This document shows positions 22,489 through 31,943 of a stretch of DNA of 64,000 nt, piece by piece (positions within the stretch are counted from its first letter, which is position 1; every line of letters begins with the position of its first letter). Made by a program: the position numbers and the translations under genes. Origin of the DNA: Myxococcota bacterium (GTDB lineage: Bacteria; Myxococcota_A; UBA9160; UBA4427); NCBI GenBank assembly GCA_965250285.1, contig OZ252299.1, positions 3,328,001-3,392,000 on the forward strand, in the 5' to 3' direction. Under the pieces are notes generated by a model that was not told where the DNA came from, made no database searches, and saw nothing but the letters and a program-made list of their open reading frames with translations.

Positions 22489-23480
22489 TGGCCGCCGCCA
22501 CCCCCGCACCCGAATCGCCGACGGAGAAGCCCTTCGACTGGCGCGACGTGATCACGCGAGAAGAGTTCGAAGAGCTCACGCGCATCCAAGACTCGAAGGC
22601 CTACCGCATGCTCGCCTTCAACTGGGCGGTCGTGTTCGCGAGCTTCTGGATGGTCGCGGTTTGGCCCAATCCGCTGACGATCATCCTCGCCCTCTTCCTC
22701 ATTGGCGCGCGCCAGCTGGGCTTCGCCGTCGTCATGCACGAAGCGGCCCACCGCTCGCTGCTGTCGAATCGCAAGATGAACGACTGGGTCGGCAACTGGC
22801 TCGGCGCGTATCCCGTGTGGTCGGATCACGAGCCCTACCGCCCGTACCACCTCGCCCACCACGCCCACACCGGTTCGAAGAAAGATCCCGACATCGGGCT
22901 CGTGCTGCCCTGGCCGTCGACGCGCCAGAGCCTGATGCGAAAGTTCGTGCGCGACCTGACCGGCCAGACGGGCTGGAAGCAGGCCAAGGCCGTGTTCAAG
23001 CGCGACCTCGGCCTCGGCAAGAAGGCCACCCAGCGCACGCGCGCAGCGCGCGCCGGCGAGAAGCCCGATGTCGGCCTGCACAAGCTGATGCCGACGATCG
23101 TCACGAACCTGATCCTGCTGGCCATTCTCGCGGCCTTCGGGCACCCCGAGCTGTACCTGCTGTGGGTCGTCGCATGGTTCACGACGTATCGGCTCGTCAT
23201 GCGCATTCGCGCCATCGCCGAGCACGCGATGTCGACCGACCTGAATCACCCGCTCAAGAACTCGCGCACCACGATCCTGCCGTGGTGGCAGAAGCTCTTC
23301 ATCGGGCCCAACAACGTCGGCTACCACCTCGAGCACCATCTGATCATGAAGGTGCCGTTCTACAACCTGCCGAAGCTGCACGAGATGCTGAAGAGCCGTG
23401 GCGCGCTCGATGATGCGCTCGTCGCCTACGGCTACGGGCAGGTGCTGCGGGAGGCGAGCTCGAAGCCCGCGACGGCCTGA
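22488..23480 (+). CDS. Membrane fatty acid desaturase-family protein
   Basis: His boxes HEAAH, HLAHH and HLEHH, plus AEH. TGATG coupling to the regulator. Confidence 0.92.
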   Translation: MAAATPAPESPTEKPFDWRDVITREEFEELTRIQDSKAYRMLAFNWAVVFASFWMVAVWPNPLTIILALFLIGARQLGFAVVMHEAAHRSLLSNRKMNDWVGNWLGAYPVWSDHEPYRPYHLAHHAHTGSKKDPDIGLVLPWPSTRQSLMRKFVRDLTGQTGWKQAKAVFKRDLGLGKKATQRTRAARAGEKPDVGLHKLMPTIVTNLILLAILAAFGHPELYLLWVVAWFTTYRLVMRIRAIAEHAMSTDLNHPLKNSRTTILPWWQKLFIGPNNVGYHLEHHLIMKVPFYNLPKLHEMLKSRGALDDALVAYGYGQVLREASSKPATA

Positions 23481-23520
23481 TCGCGCGCACCGAGGCGCAG
23501 TGAACCTTCGAAGCGGGCGC

Positions 23521-23814
23521 TCAGGCGCCCGCTTCGTCGTTTCTGCGCTCCGCGTTGCGAACCAGCACCAGGTTGCGCCCGTAGATGAACGCATTGGGCA
23601 GGTAGGCGAGCACGAAGACCGGGTTGCCGATGTGGAACGCGTAGACCAAGAGCACGAGCGAGCCCGCGATCGACAGCCACCAGAACGCGACGGGCACGAT
23701 GCTCTCGCCCGCCCGCTCCGACACGATCCACTGCACGAAGAATCGCGAGAAAAAGAGCGCGTTGCCGAGCAGGCCGAAGGCCAGCCAGCCGGTGTCGTCG
23801 TGCCATTCGAGCAT
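23521..23814 (-). CDS. Stand-alone lipid A biosynthesis N-terminal (LAB_N) domain membrane protein
   Basis: Motifs FFSRFFVQWIVSER, SIVPVAFWWLS and YGRNL. Confidence 0.88.
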   Translation of the reverse strand: MLEWHDDTGWLAFGLLGNALFFSRFFVQWIVSERAGESIVPVAFWWLSIAGSLVLLVYAFHIGNPVFVLAYLPNAFIYGRNLVLVRNAERRNDEAGA

Positions 23815-23871
23815 GTCGCCCCTCCCCGTGACCGGGCGCCGCGCCGATCGCCTCGGCCGGCGGGTCGGCTC

Positions 23872-24936
23872 TCATCCCCCGCGGCCGCCGTGCGCCGCCT
23901 CGAAGCGCAGGGCCGCGTCGGCCGCGGCTCGCAGCAGTACGTCGCGCGGCGCACGTCGGTGCGCCCGCAGGTAGGCGTCGGCGATCGTGATCGAGTCGGC
24001 CTGCCCCGAGCACGCAGCCCGGTAGCGAATCTCGTCGACGCTCTGAGCCAGCGCATCGCGCTCGGCGTCATCCGCCGCGTCGCCGCGCACCCGTTCGGCG
24101 CCGGTGCCATAGACGCCGTGCACGGCGAGCGCGATCTGCGCCGCCGTGCCGACGACGTCGGGCTCGCCAGCGCGTGACGCGAGGTCGAGCAGGGCCATCG
24201 CGATGCACGCCACGTGACCGTAGGCGCTCCTGGCCTCGGGGTGCCGCAGCTGCAACGCCGCGACGCCGCAGACCAGCTCGATGATCGCTTCGGTGGCCGG
24301 CTGCGCGTCGAGGTCGATCGACGCGAGCGTCGAGGCAAAGCCCGCGTCGCCCTCGAGCACCAGCACGGCGTCGTTCATCGAGCCGACGTTGCGGCGATCC
24401 GATGCGACGTCGGGGAGCCCGGCGAGCGCCGCCGCGATCGTCATTCCCTGCTCGGGCCGACGGCCCGGCGCGCCCGGCAGTCGTTGATGCCGGCTCGCCC
24501 AGTGGGCGAGCCCGAAGGCGAGTTCGCGGCGACGGACGGCATCCTCGCCCGATTCGAGCGCGACGAGCGCGGCGTGCGTACGCAGCAGTCCCGATCCCGA
24601 CGCGCCGCACGTGCCGGGCAGCAGCAGCGGGAGCCACACGTCGAGCACCTTCGGCCGGTCGACCTCGGCCAGGAGCCCCTCGAACGTGGCGAGCCAGTCG
24701 GCCCGGCGGGCCCGGTCGCCGAGCGCCCGCGCCCGCGCGTCGTCGGGGATCGGCGTGCCCTTGGCGACCGGGCGGAGTCGCGGCAGATACACGTCGGTGA
24801 AGAACGGGATGAGCGACGGGTGGCCCAGCGCCTCGAGGGCGACGACCGCCATCGGCCCCTGATTGACCGAGCCGTCCCCGCACTCGAAGTCGCTCTGCTG
24901 CAGGCGCTCGAGCGCTTCGTCGAGATCGGTGAGCAT
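23872..24936 (-). CDS. Questin oxidase-like (DUF4243) family protein, divergent
   Basis: LDEALERL, NQGPMAVVAL, GLLRT and ELAFGLAHWAS resemble the bacterial DUF4243 pattern. Confidence 0.65.
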   Translation of the reverse strand: MLTDLDEALERLQQSDFECGDGSVNQGPMAVVALEALGHPSLIPFFTDVYLPRLRPVAKGTPIPDDARARALGDRARRADWLATFEGLLAEVDRPKVLDVWLPLLLPGTCGASGSGLLRTHAALVALESGEDAVRRRELAFGLAHWASRHQRLPGAPGRRPEQGMTIAAALAGLPDVASDRRNVGSMNDAVLVLEGDAGFASTLASIDLDAQPATEAIIELVCGVAALQLRHPEARSAYGHVACIAMALLDLASRAGEPDVVGTAAQIALAVHGVYGTGAERVRGDAADDAERDALAQSVDEIRYRAACSGQADSITIADAYLRAHRRAPRDVLLRAAADAALRFEAAHGGRGG

Positions 24937-25108
24937 GGCGTGACGTGCCCCTGTTCCGTGGCATCCAGAGAGCGGTTTCTAGGGCAGGCGCGGGGCCTGC
25001 GCTACAGTCTGCCGACGCCGGATCGGCCGATCCGCGCCTCCCCGTCAGTCCGGCTCAGCACCACCCCGAAGGCCCGGGCCCCGCGCCCGCCAGGAGTCCT
25101 GCCCACCC

Positions 25109-26212
25109 ATGTCTGCCCCCGTCACCGAAACGGCCGTGCTCGACGCCCTGCGGCCGATCGTCGATCCCGACTTCAAGAAGAGCATCGTCGATCTCGGCTT
25201 CATCAAGAACCTCGCCATCGACGGCAGCCGCGTGAAGTTCGATATCGAGCTGACGACGCCGGCCTGCCCAGTGAAGTCGGAATTCGAGCGGATGGCGCAC
25301 GAGAACGTGAGCCGACTCGACGGCGTCGAGGACGTGCGCGTCAACATGACGGCGAATACCCGCAAGGCGGCCGCGGGCACCGGCGAGAAGGTGTCGCTGC
25401 CGGGCGTGCGCAACATCATCGCCGTCGCGTCGGGCAAGGGCGGCGTCGGCAAGAGCACCACGGCGCTCAACCTCGCGCTCTCGCTCAAGCAGAGCGGCGC
25501 TCGGGTGGGCGTGCTCGACGCCGACGTCTACGGTCCGTCGATCCCGCTCCTGACGGGCGTCCACGGCCAGCCGGCGACGACGCCGAACAAGAAGATCCTG
25601 CCGCTCGATGGCTTCGGCCTGAAGCTCATGAGCATGGGCTTCTTCCTGGGCGACGACTCGCCGGTGATCTGGCGTGGCCCGATGGTGCATGGCCTCGTCA
25701 AGCAGTTCCTGACCGACGTCGAGTGGGGAGAGCTCGACTACCTCGTGATCGACATGCCGCCCGGCACGGGTGACGCCGCGCTGACCCTGACTCAGCTCGC
25801 GCCGCTCTCGGGCGCGGTGATCGTGACGACCGCGAACGACCTCTCATTGATCGACGCCCGCAAGGGCCTGCAGATGTTCAACAAGGTGAACGTCCCGATC
25901 CTCGGCATCGTCGAGAACATGGCGTACTTCACGCCCCCCGATCTGCCGAACAAGCGCTACTGGATCTTCGGTCAGGGCGGCGGGCAGCGCGTGGCCGACG
26001 AGCTGGGCGTCGACTTCCTCGGCGAGGTGCCGATCGATCCGCGGATGGCCGAGTACGGCGACACGGGCCAGCCCATCGTGCTCGCGGCACCGAAGAGTGA
26101 CAGCGCCCAGGCGTTCCAGGAGATCACCGGTGAGATCGCACGCAAGCTGGTCGTGCTCACGACCCAGCAGCCGGCGGTCGCCGACGCGAACATCACCTGG
26201 GTCACCAGCTGA
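25109..26212 (+). CDS. mrp: Mrp/NBP35 (ApbC) Fe-S cluster carrier ATPase
   Basis: N-terminal DUF59 (LTTPACP), SGKGGVGKST, WRGPM, DMPPGTGD, GIVENM. Confidence 0.95.
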   Translation: MSAPVTETAVLDALRPIVDPDFKKSIVDLGFIKNLAIDGSRVKFDIELTTPACPVKSEFERMAHENVSRLDGVEDVRVNMTANTRKAAAGTGEKVSLPGVRNIIAVASGKGGVGKSTTALNLALSLKQSGARVGVLDADVYGPSIPLLTGVHGQPATTPNKKILPLDGFGLKLMSMGFFLGDDSPVIWRGPMVHGLVKQFLTDVEWGELDYLVIDMPPGTGDAALTLTQLAPLSGAVIVTTANDLSLIDARKGLQMFNKVNVPILGIVENMAYFTPPDLPNKRYWIFGQGGGQRVADELGVDFLGEVPIDPRMAEYGDTGQPIVLAAPKSDSAQAFQEITGEIARKLVVLTTQQPAVADANITWVTS

Positions 26213-26233
26213 GCGCCGAGCCGGCTGCTCGCG

Positions 26234-26995
26234 TCAGGGCCGGCCGTGCAGCAAGAGCGGGAAGAAGATCGGCGCCTGCTTGAACGCCTCGGTGACCGGC
26301 GCCTTCAGCCAGTCATCGTACGTCGGCACCTGGTCGATCACCCAGCCCTCGCTCGGCACCTCGAAGAACGCTTCGCTCAGGGGGACGGGCGCCCAGCCCC
26401 GGTACTCGACGCTCGCTTCGTTCCCCGTGCGGCGGTCGAAGGTCTGAAATCGGATCGGCAGCTGGTATTGGTCGGCGGTCACCCAGACGGTGCGACGTCC
26501 ACTGTCGTCCGTGAGGCGATAGACCTCGAGCGGCCCCATCGGCGACTCCTCGGTGCGAATCCGCTCGGCGCCCTGGTCGCGCATCGACTCGAACTCGTTG
26601 CCGAAGAGGCGCCTTCGGCCGGCATCCTGCTCGGTCGCGCGCGGACCGCGCGGGATCGATACCCCGCGCCGCGAGATCGGGTCGAGCAAGGTGTATCGGC
26701 TTGCCGAGACCAGCGTGATGAAGGGTCGGCCGGCGATCGTCGTGTGGGCGCGCAACGTGGTGCCCTTCGACCAGTACTCGACGATGTGCAGCCCCGACTC
26801 GCCGCGGGTCGTCGTCATCGCGTAGATCCCGTCTTCGTCGATGCGCGGGGCCGCGGCGGGCGGGTCACCCGGCGTCGCTGCAAGCGCACGACCCGAGCCG
26901 AGACCGATCGCCACGACCAAGAGCGCCAGCGCGAGTCGTCGCAGCGCCAGGCGACGCGCGCGGTGCGGGGCGGGCGGGCTCGTCAGGCGGATCAC
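26234..26995 (-). CDS. Secreted hypothetical protein (possible LolA-like beta fold)
   Basis: Signal peptide ending ALA, beta-strand pattern, 'TVWV...LPIR' and 'AFFEVP'. GTGA coupling to the upstream gene. Confidence 0.6.
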   Translation of the reverse strand: MIRLTSPPAPHRARRLALRRLALALLVVAIGLGSGRALAATPGDPPAAAPRIDEDGIYAMTTTRGESGLHIVEYWSKGTTLRAHTTIAGRPFITLVSASRYTLLDPISRRGVSIPRGPRATEQDAGRRRLFGNEFESMRDQGAERIRTEESPMGPLEVYRLTDDSGRRTVWVTADQYQLPIRFQTFDRRTGNEASVEYRGWAPVPLSEAFFEVPSEGWVIDQVPTYDDWLKAPVTEAFKQAPIFFPLLLHGRP

Positions 26996-28320
26996 GGCGC
27001 ATCTCCTCGGTCGGGCTCGGCGGGACGCCCGAGTCTGGCAGACTCGCCGGCGGCCGGCACGTCGGCCACGCGCAGCGCCTCGATCACCTCGCCCTCCATC
27101 CTCTCGGGCGCCTCGAAGCCGAGCAGCTGAAGCACCGTGGGCGCGACGTCGACGGCGCGCACGTCACCCAGATCGGTGCCCGGCTCGGCGCCTCGTCCCC
27201 GGGCGAAGAACACGGCCCGCATCGAAGCCTCTTCGGGCGCGTAGCCGTGAAAGCCCTCGATCGACAGACCGGGGTAGGTGATCGCCGTGCCGATCGGAGC
27301 GCGCACGACGACATCGCCGAAGCGGGCGTGATCGACTCGCCAGTCGGCCGGCGCCGAGACGCGCGGGTGCGCATCGAGGCCCTGGGCTCGGGCGACCTCG
27401 ACCGCAAGCGCGACCTGGTCGGCGTCGCCCGGGTCGTCGAGATAGACGCTCGCGAAGCCGCCGATCCCGCGCACGCGCGCCCGAACCCCCTGATCGCGCA
27501 GCACCGTCCCCAGCTCGACCGCGCGTTCGGTGCCGACCATGCCGTGATCGGAGACGAAGATCAGCGTGGTGTGCTCGAAGGCGTCGCGCGCTTCGAGCCC
27601 CGCGATCAGCGCGGCAATCGCTGCGTTCTGCTCGCGGAGACTCTCGCGGACCGACTCGGCGCCGGGACCGTCCTGGTGGCCTGCGTGATCGGCGCCGTGA
27701 AACCAGCTGGTGATGAGACGCGGGCGTCGGGCTTCGTCCTCGAGGTCGAGCCAGGCGAGGATCTGATCGACCTTCGCCTGCTCACCCGTGCGGCTCGAGA
27801 ACGGCTTCCAGTGCGTAGGGCCCCGACCGCTGGGTGGCCACGCGCCCTCACTCCCCACCCAGTAGTACGAGGCCGTCACGACGCCTCGCCCCTCGAGCCA
27901 CGACCACAGCGGCTCGACCTCGATGAAGCGAGGGATGTCGGAGCGGACGAACTCGCCGAGCTCGGGGTCGAAGAATCGGTTGTTCACGAGCCCGTGCCGC
28001 TCGGGCGCCACACCGGTCACGAGCGATACGTGGCTGGGGAACGTGTTGCTCGGCGAGACGCCGATCATCGATCGCGCCGCCGCCCCTTGCGTGCGCAGCG
28101 CGGCGACGGCCCCGAGATCGGCCTCGGTCACGTCGGCAGGTCGCGTGCCGTCGAGCGACACGAGAATCACGACGGGCGCCTTCGCGGCCCCCGCTGCAGG
28201 CTCGATCGAGCATGCGACCACGAGGAGGATCAGCGGTGCGACGAGGAGCGAGCCGAGTCGACCGATCGACGTGCGCCCGGCGAACGGTGCCCCTCGAACG
28301 CGATCCCGACCCTGGCCCAC
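26992..28320 (-). CDS. Alkaline phosphatase superfamily nucleotide pyrophosphatase/phosphodiesterase
   Basis: VSLDG, PSNTFPSH (Thr nucleophile), DHAGH, VSDHGM, GFHGY. AGGAG SD before GTG 28320. Confidence 0.9.
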   Translation of the reverse strand: MGQGRDRVRGAPFAGRTSIGRLGSLLVAPLILLVVACSIEPAAGAAKAPVVILVSLDGTRPADVTEADLGAVAALRTQGAAARSMIGVSPSNTFPSHVSLVTGVAPERHGLVNNRFFDPELGEFVRSDIPRFIEVEPLWSWLEGRGVVTASYYWVGSEGAWPPSGRGPTHWKPFSSRTGEQAKVDQILAWLDLEDEARRPRLITSWFHGADHAGHQDGPGAESVRESLREQNAAIAALIAGLEARDAFEHTTLIFVSDHGMVGTERAVELGTVLRDQGVRARVRGIGGFASVYLDDPGDADQVALAVEVARAQGLDAHPRVSAPADWRVDHARFGDVVVRAPIGTAITYPGLSIEGFHGYAPEEASMRAVFFARGRGAEPGTDLGDVRAVDVAPTVLQLLGFEAPERMEGEVIEALRVADVPAAGESARLGRPAEPDRGDAP

Positions 28321-28388
28321 CGGCTCAGCTCCTTTTGGCCGCGACGTACGCGTGCGCGCGAGGCGGCCGGATCTTACCATCGGTCGCC

Positions 28389-29183
28389 ATGCGAACGGCC
28401 CTGGCCATCTCTGGCTCCGATCCGACGGGGGGTGCGGGCCTGCAGCTCGACGTGCAGGTCTTCGCGCACTTCGGGCTGCACGGCGCAGCCATCCCGACGG
28501 CGCTCACCGTGCAGGACACCGAGAAGGTCCATCAGGTGCTGCCGGTCTTTCCGACGCTCGTGCTCGATCAGCTGCGTGCGCTCCTCCACGATTTCGAGCC
28601 AGCCGCGGTGAAGATCGGCATGCTCGCGAGCGACGACGTGTTGCGCAATGTCGAGCACGGGCTGCGCGCCCTGCCCGATCACGTCCCGGTCGTGATCGAC
28701 CCCGTTCTGATGTCCTCGAGTGGCGTCCCCCTGCTCGAACGGCGCGCCTGGCGCGGACTCGAGGGGCTCTTCGCCCGTGCCGCGTTGGTCACGCCGAACC
28801 TGCACGAGCTCGAGACGCTCACCGAACGCGACGTATCCCGAAAGAGGGACATCGAGGCGGCGGCGGTGCAGCTCATCGAGAAGACCGGGGCTCGGGCCGT
28901 GCTCGCAAAGGGCGGGCACCGGGCCAGCGATGCCGACGATCTGCTCGCGATCGCGGGCGACACGGTCGAGATCCACTGGCTCGAAGGCGAACGCATCGAC
29001 GGTGCGCCCGTTCACGGCACGGGCTGCGCCCTCGCTTCGGCCGTCGCCGCCGGGCTCGCGCTCGGCCGACCGCTTCGCGAGGCGGTCGACGAGGCTCGGT
29101 CGTTCGTGCGCAGCGCGATCGCCGGTGCGCACGAGATCGGCCGCGGCGCCCGGCTGCTCGACCTCGGCAGGGCCGGCGCGTGA
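28389..29183 (+). CDS. thiD: Hydroxymethylpyrimidine/phosphomethylpyrimidine kinase
   Basis: Motifs ISGSDPTGGAGLQLD, VKIGML, VIDPV, TPNLHE, KGGH and HGTGC. Confidence 0.95.
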   Translation: MRTALAISGSDPTGGAGLQLDVQVFAHFGLHGAAIPTALTVQDTEKVHQVLPVFPTLVLDQLRALLHDFEPAAVKIGMLASDDVLRNVEHGLRALPDHVPVVIDPVLMSSSGVPLLERRAWRGLEGLFARAALVTPNLHELETLTERDVSRKRDIEAAAVQLIEKTGARAVLAKGGHRASDADDLLAIAGDTVEIHWLEGERIDGAPVHGTGCALASAVAAGLALGRPLREAVDEARSFVRSAIAGAHEIGRGARLLDLGRAGA

Positions 29184-30982
29184 GCGAACCGACGGCGAAC
29201 GAATCGCCTGCCGCCTACTACGCCCGACAGCTCGGCGAAGCGAGCCTCGAGGCGACCCGCTGGACGAGCCTCGAGCGCCGCTTGTCGACCCTGCGCCTCG
29301 TCGTCTTCGCGGTCAGCGCCGGGGCCGCATGGCTCGTGTTCGGCACCCGCGATTGGCCGCAGCTCGCGTTCTGGCCGTGTGTGCTGGCGTTCGTCGCGCT
29401 GATCATCGTGCACGACCGCGTGATCGCGCGACGCCGCCGAGCCGAGCGCGTCGTCGCGCACTTCGAAGGCGGCCTCGCCCGCATCGAGGAGCGCTGGGCC
29501 GGGCGCGGCATCTCGGGCGATCGCTTTCGCGACCCGACCCACCCCTACGCCGACGACCTCGATCTGTTCGGCGAAGGATCGATCTTCGAGCTGCTCTGCA
29601 CCGCCCAGACCGCTGCCGGCCAGGATCGGCTGGCCGCCTGGCTCCGCGCGCCGTCGGAGGCCGCCGACGCCCGCGCGCGTCAGGCCTGCGTGCAAGAGCT
29701 CGCGCCGCGGGCCGAGCTGCGGCGCGACCTGGCGCTCCTCGGCCAGGACGTCGGCGACGCCGTGTCGACCGACGTACTGACCGGCTGGGCCGAGCAGCCC
29801 CCGAAGCTCGGCTCGGCCGCGCTGCCGATCGTCGCCGGTCTCTTCTCCGCCGCTTCGATTGCGGCGCTCGCCCTGTGGATCTTCACGTCGGCCGGCGCGA
29901 TCCCGTTCCTGCTCACCGCGCTCGCGCAGGCGGCCTTCGCCGCGGTGCTGCGACCGAAGGTGCGCCCCGTGCTGCGATCCGCCGAGGCGCCCACGCGTCA
30001 TCTGTCGATTCTGACCGGGTTGCTCGCGCGGTTCGAGAGCGAGCCGATGACCGCGCCGCACTTGCAGGCGCTCAAGGCCAAGCTCGAGTCGTCGGGCCGA
30101 CCACCTTCGCACGAGATCGCGCGCCTGCGCCGGCTCGTCGACCTGATGGAGGCGCGACACAACCAGCTCTTCGCGCCGGTCGGCGGGCTGCTGCTCTGGG
30201 GCAGCCAGATCGCCTTCGCCCTCGAGCGCTGGCGGGCGCGCTGCGGCGCGGCCCTCCACACGTGGATCGACGCCGCCGCCGAACTCGAGGCCCTCTGCGC
30301 GCTCGCAGGCTACGCCTACGAACACGGCGACGATGCCTGGCCCGAGATCGTCGACGCCCCGGCACTCTTCGATGGTGAAGGCCTCGGCCACCCCCTGCTC
30401 CCGGCCGCCGACTGCGTACGCAACGACCTCACGCTCGCCGAGACGCCGCGAGTGCTCATGATGAGCGGCTCGAACATGTCGGGGAAGAGCACGATGCTGC
30501 GCACCGTCGGCTGCAACCTGGTGCTCGCGCTCGCGGGCGCGCCGGTGCGCGCGACGCGGCTGCGCGTGTCGCCCCTGCAGCTCGCGGCGTCGATCCGCAT
30601 CAGCGACTCGCTGCAGACCGGCACCTCGCACTTCTACGCCGAGATCAAGCGCCTGCGTCAGGTCGTCGAGCTCACCGACGGCGACCGACCGGTGCTGTTC
30701 CTGCTCGACGAGGTGCTGCACGGCACCAATTCACACGACCGCACCATCGGCGCGGGGGCCGTCGTGAAGGGCCTCATCGAGAAGCGCGCGCTCGGCCTGG
30801 TGACCACGCACGACCTCGCCCTCGCGCGGCTCACCGAAGACCTCGCGCCGGCGCTCGAGAACGTCCACTTCCAGGACGAGATCATCGACGGCGAGATGCG
30901 CTTCGACTACCGCCTCCAGCCCGGCATCGTCACGCGCAGCAACGCACTCGAGCTGATGCGAAGCGTCGGGCTCGACGTCTGA
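29180..30982 (+). CDS. Membrane-anchored MutS domain V (ATPase) family protein
   Basis: SGSNMSGKST, SHFYAE, LLDEVLHGTNS, TTHDL. Two pairs of hydrophobic segments and no mismatch-binding domain. Confidence 0.9.
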   Translation: MSEPTANESPAAYYARQLGEASLEATRWTSLERRLSTLRLVVFAVSAGAAWLVFGTRDWPQLAFWPCVLAFVALIIVHDRVIARRRRAERVVAHFEGGLARIEERWAGRGISGDRFRDPTHPYADDLDLFGEGSIFELLCTAQTAAGQDRLAAWLRAPSEAADARARQACVQELAPRAELRRDLALLGQDVGDAVSTDVLTGWAEQPPKLGSAALPIVAGLFSAASIAALALWIFTSAGAIPFLLTALAQAAFAAVLRPKVRPVLRSAEAPTRHLSILTGLLARFESEPMTAPHLQALKAKLESSGRPPSHEIARLRRLVDLMEARHNQLFAPVGGLLLWGSQIAFALERWRARCGAALHTWIDAAAELEALCALAGYAYEHGDDAWPEIVDAPALFDGEGLGHPLLPAADCVRNDLTLAETPRVLMMSGSNMSGKSTMLRTVGCNLVLALAGAPVRATRLRVSPLQLAASIRISDSLQTGTSHFYAEIKRLRQVVELTDGDRPVLFLLDEVLHGTNSHDRTIGAGAVVKGLIEKRALGLVTTHDLALARLTEDLAPALENVHFQDEIIDGEMRFDYRLQPGIVTRSNALELMRSVGLDV

Positions 30983-30988
30983 GGCGCA

Positions 30989-31786
30989 TCAGCTGCCCGG
31001 CGGCACCACCGCGATCGCGCGCAGCGGCGCGCCGCTGCCACCCACGATCTTCATCGGCAGTGCGACGACCTCGAAACCCGAGGCCGGCAACCCCTCCAGG
31101 CCGGTCAGGTTCTCGAACGCAGGCACGTTGGCTTGCATCAGGATGCGGTGCGTCTCGAAGCCGGTCGACTTGCCGTAGTCGATGCTCGCCGTATCGAGGC
31201 CGACGGCCGCGATCCCGCGCTGCTCGACGAGCCAGCGGGCCGCGTCGGCCCCGAGCCCCGGGAAGCTCAGCTCGGCCACGGCGGCCTTGCCGCGCCCAGC
31301 GGTGCCCAGGTACGCGAGGCGATCCGGCCAGAACGCCGCGAAGCCCGTATCGATGAGGACGATGGTGCCCGGCCTGATCCGACCGTGCGCCTGCTCCCAG
31401 GCCATGAAATCGTCGACCGTGACCCGGTAGTCTCGATCCGCAGCGCACGCCTCGCGTACGTCGACCCGAATCGCCGAACCGACCAGCGTCTCGATCGGGA
31501 TCTCTTCGACCGTGTGTCGCCCCTCTGCGAAGTGGCGAGGCGCGTCGAGGTGCGTGCCCCCGTGTTCGGCGCTCGCGAATCGGTTGGCAGCGTAGTAGTA
31601 GCCGCCCTCGGTCATGCCGGCGGCTTCGACATCGAGCTCGAAGTCGGGCTCGGTCGGCCAGTAGATCGTCTCGCCATCGTAGCCGTGCGAGAGGTCGACC
31701 AGCCTGGCGTCGCTCACGCGCGGCATCGGGTGGGCGCATGCAACCATGCACGCGAGGCTCGTGAGCAGGGCGAGTCGGATCGTCAC
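30989..31786 (-). CDS. Cyclase-family (kynurenine formamidase-like) metallohydrolase, likely lipoprotein
   Basis: EHGGTHLDAPRH, GLDTASID, ENL, GGSGAPLR. N-terminal signal ending MVAC. Confidence 0.9.
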   Translation of the reverse strand: MTIRLALLTSLACMVACAHPMPRVSDARLVDLSHGYDGETIYWPTEPDFELDVEAAGMTEGGYYYAANRFASAEHGGTHLDAPRHFAEGRHTVEEIPIETLVGSAIRVDVREACAADRDYRVTVDDFMAWEQAHGRIRPGTIVLIDTGFAAFWPDRLAYLGTAGRGKAAVAELSFPGLGADAARWLVEQRGIAAVGLDTASIDYGKSTGFETHRILMQANVPAFENLTGLEGLPASGFEVVALPMKIVGGSGAPLRAIAVVPPGS

Positions 31787-31943
31787 GGCGGGGCCTCCTA
31801 CGACAGACCGCCGAATCTAGCGCCTTCATACTGCGCGACGGCCCAACGAAGAACGGCCGCCGAGCCACCCAAGAGGGTCGCTCGACGGCCGTGTTTCGCC
31901 GTTGAACCACGGGATTTGCCGCCCCGTGGCCCGGGTGCGCGTG

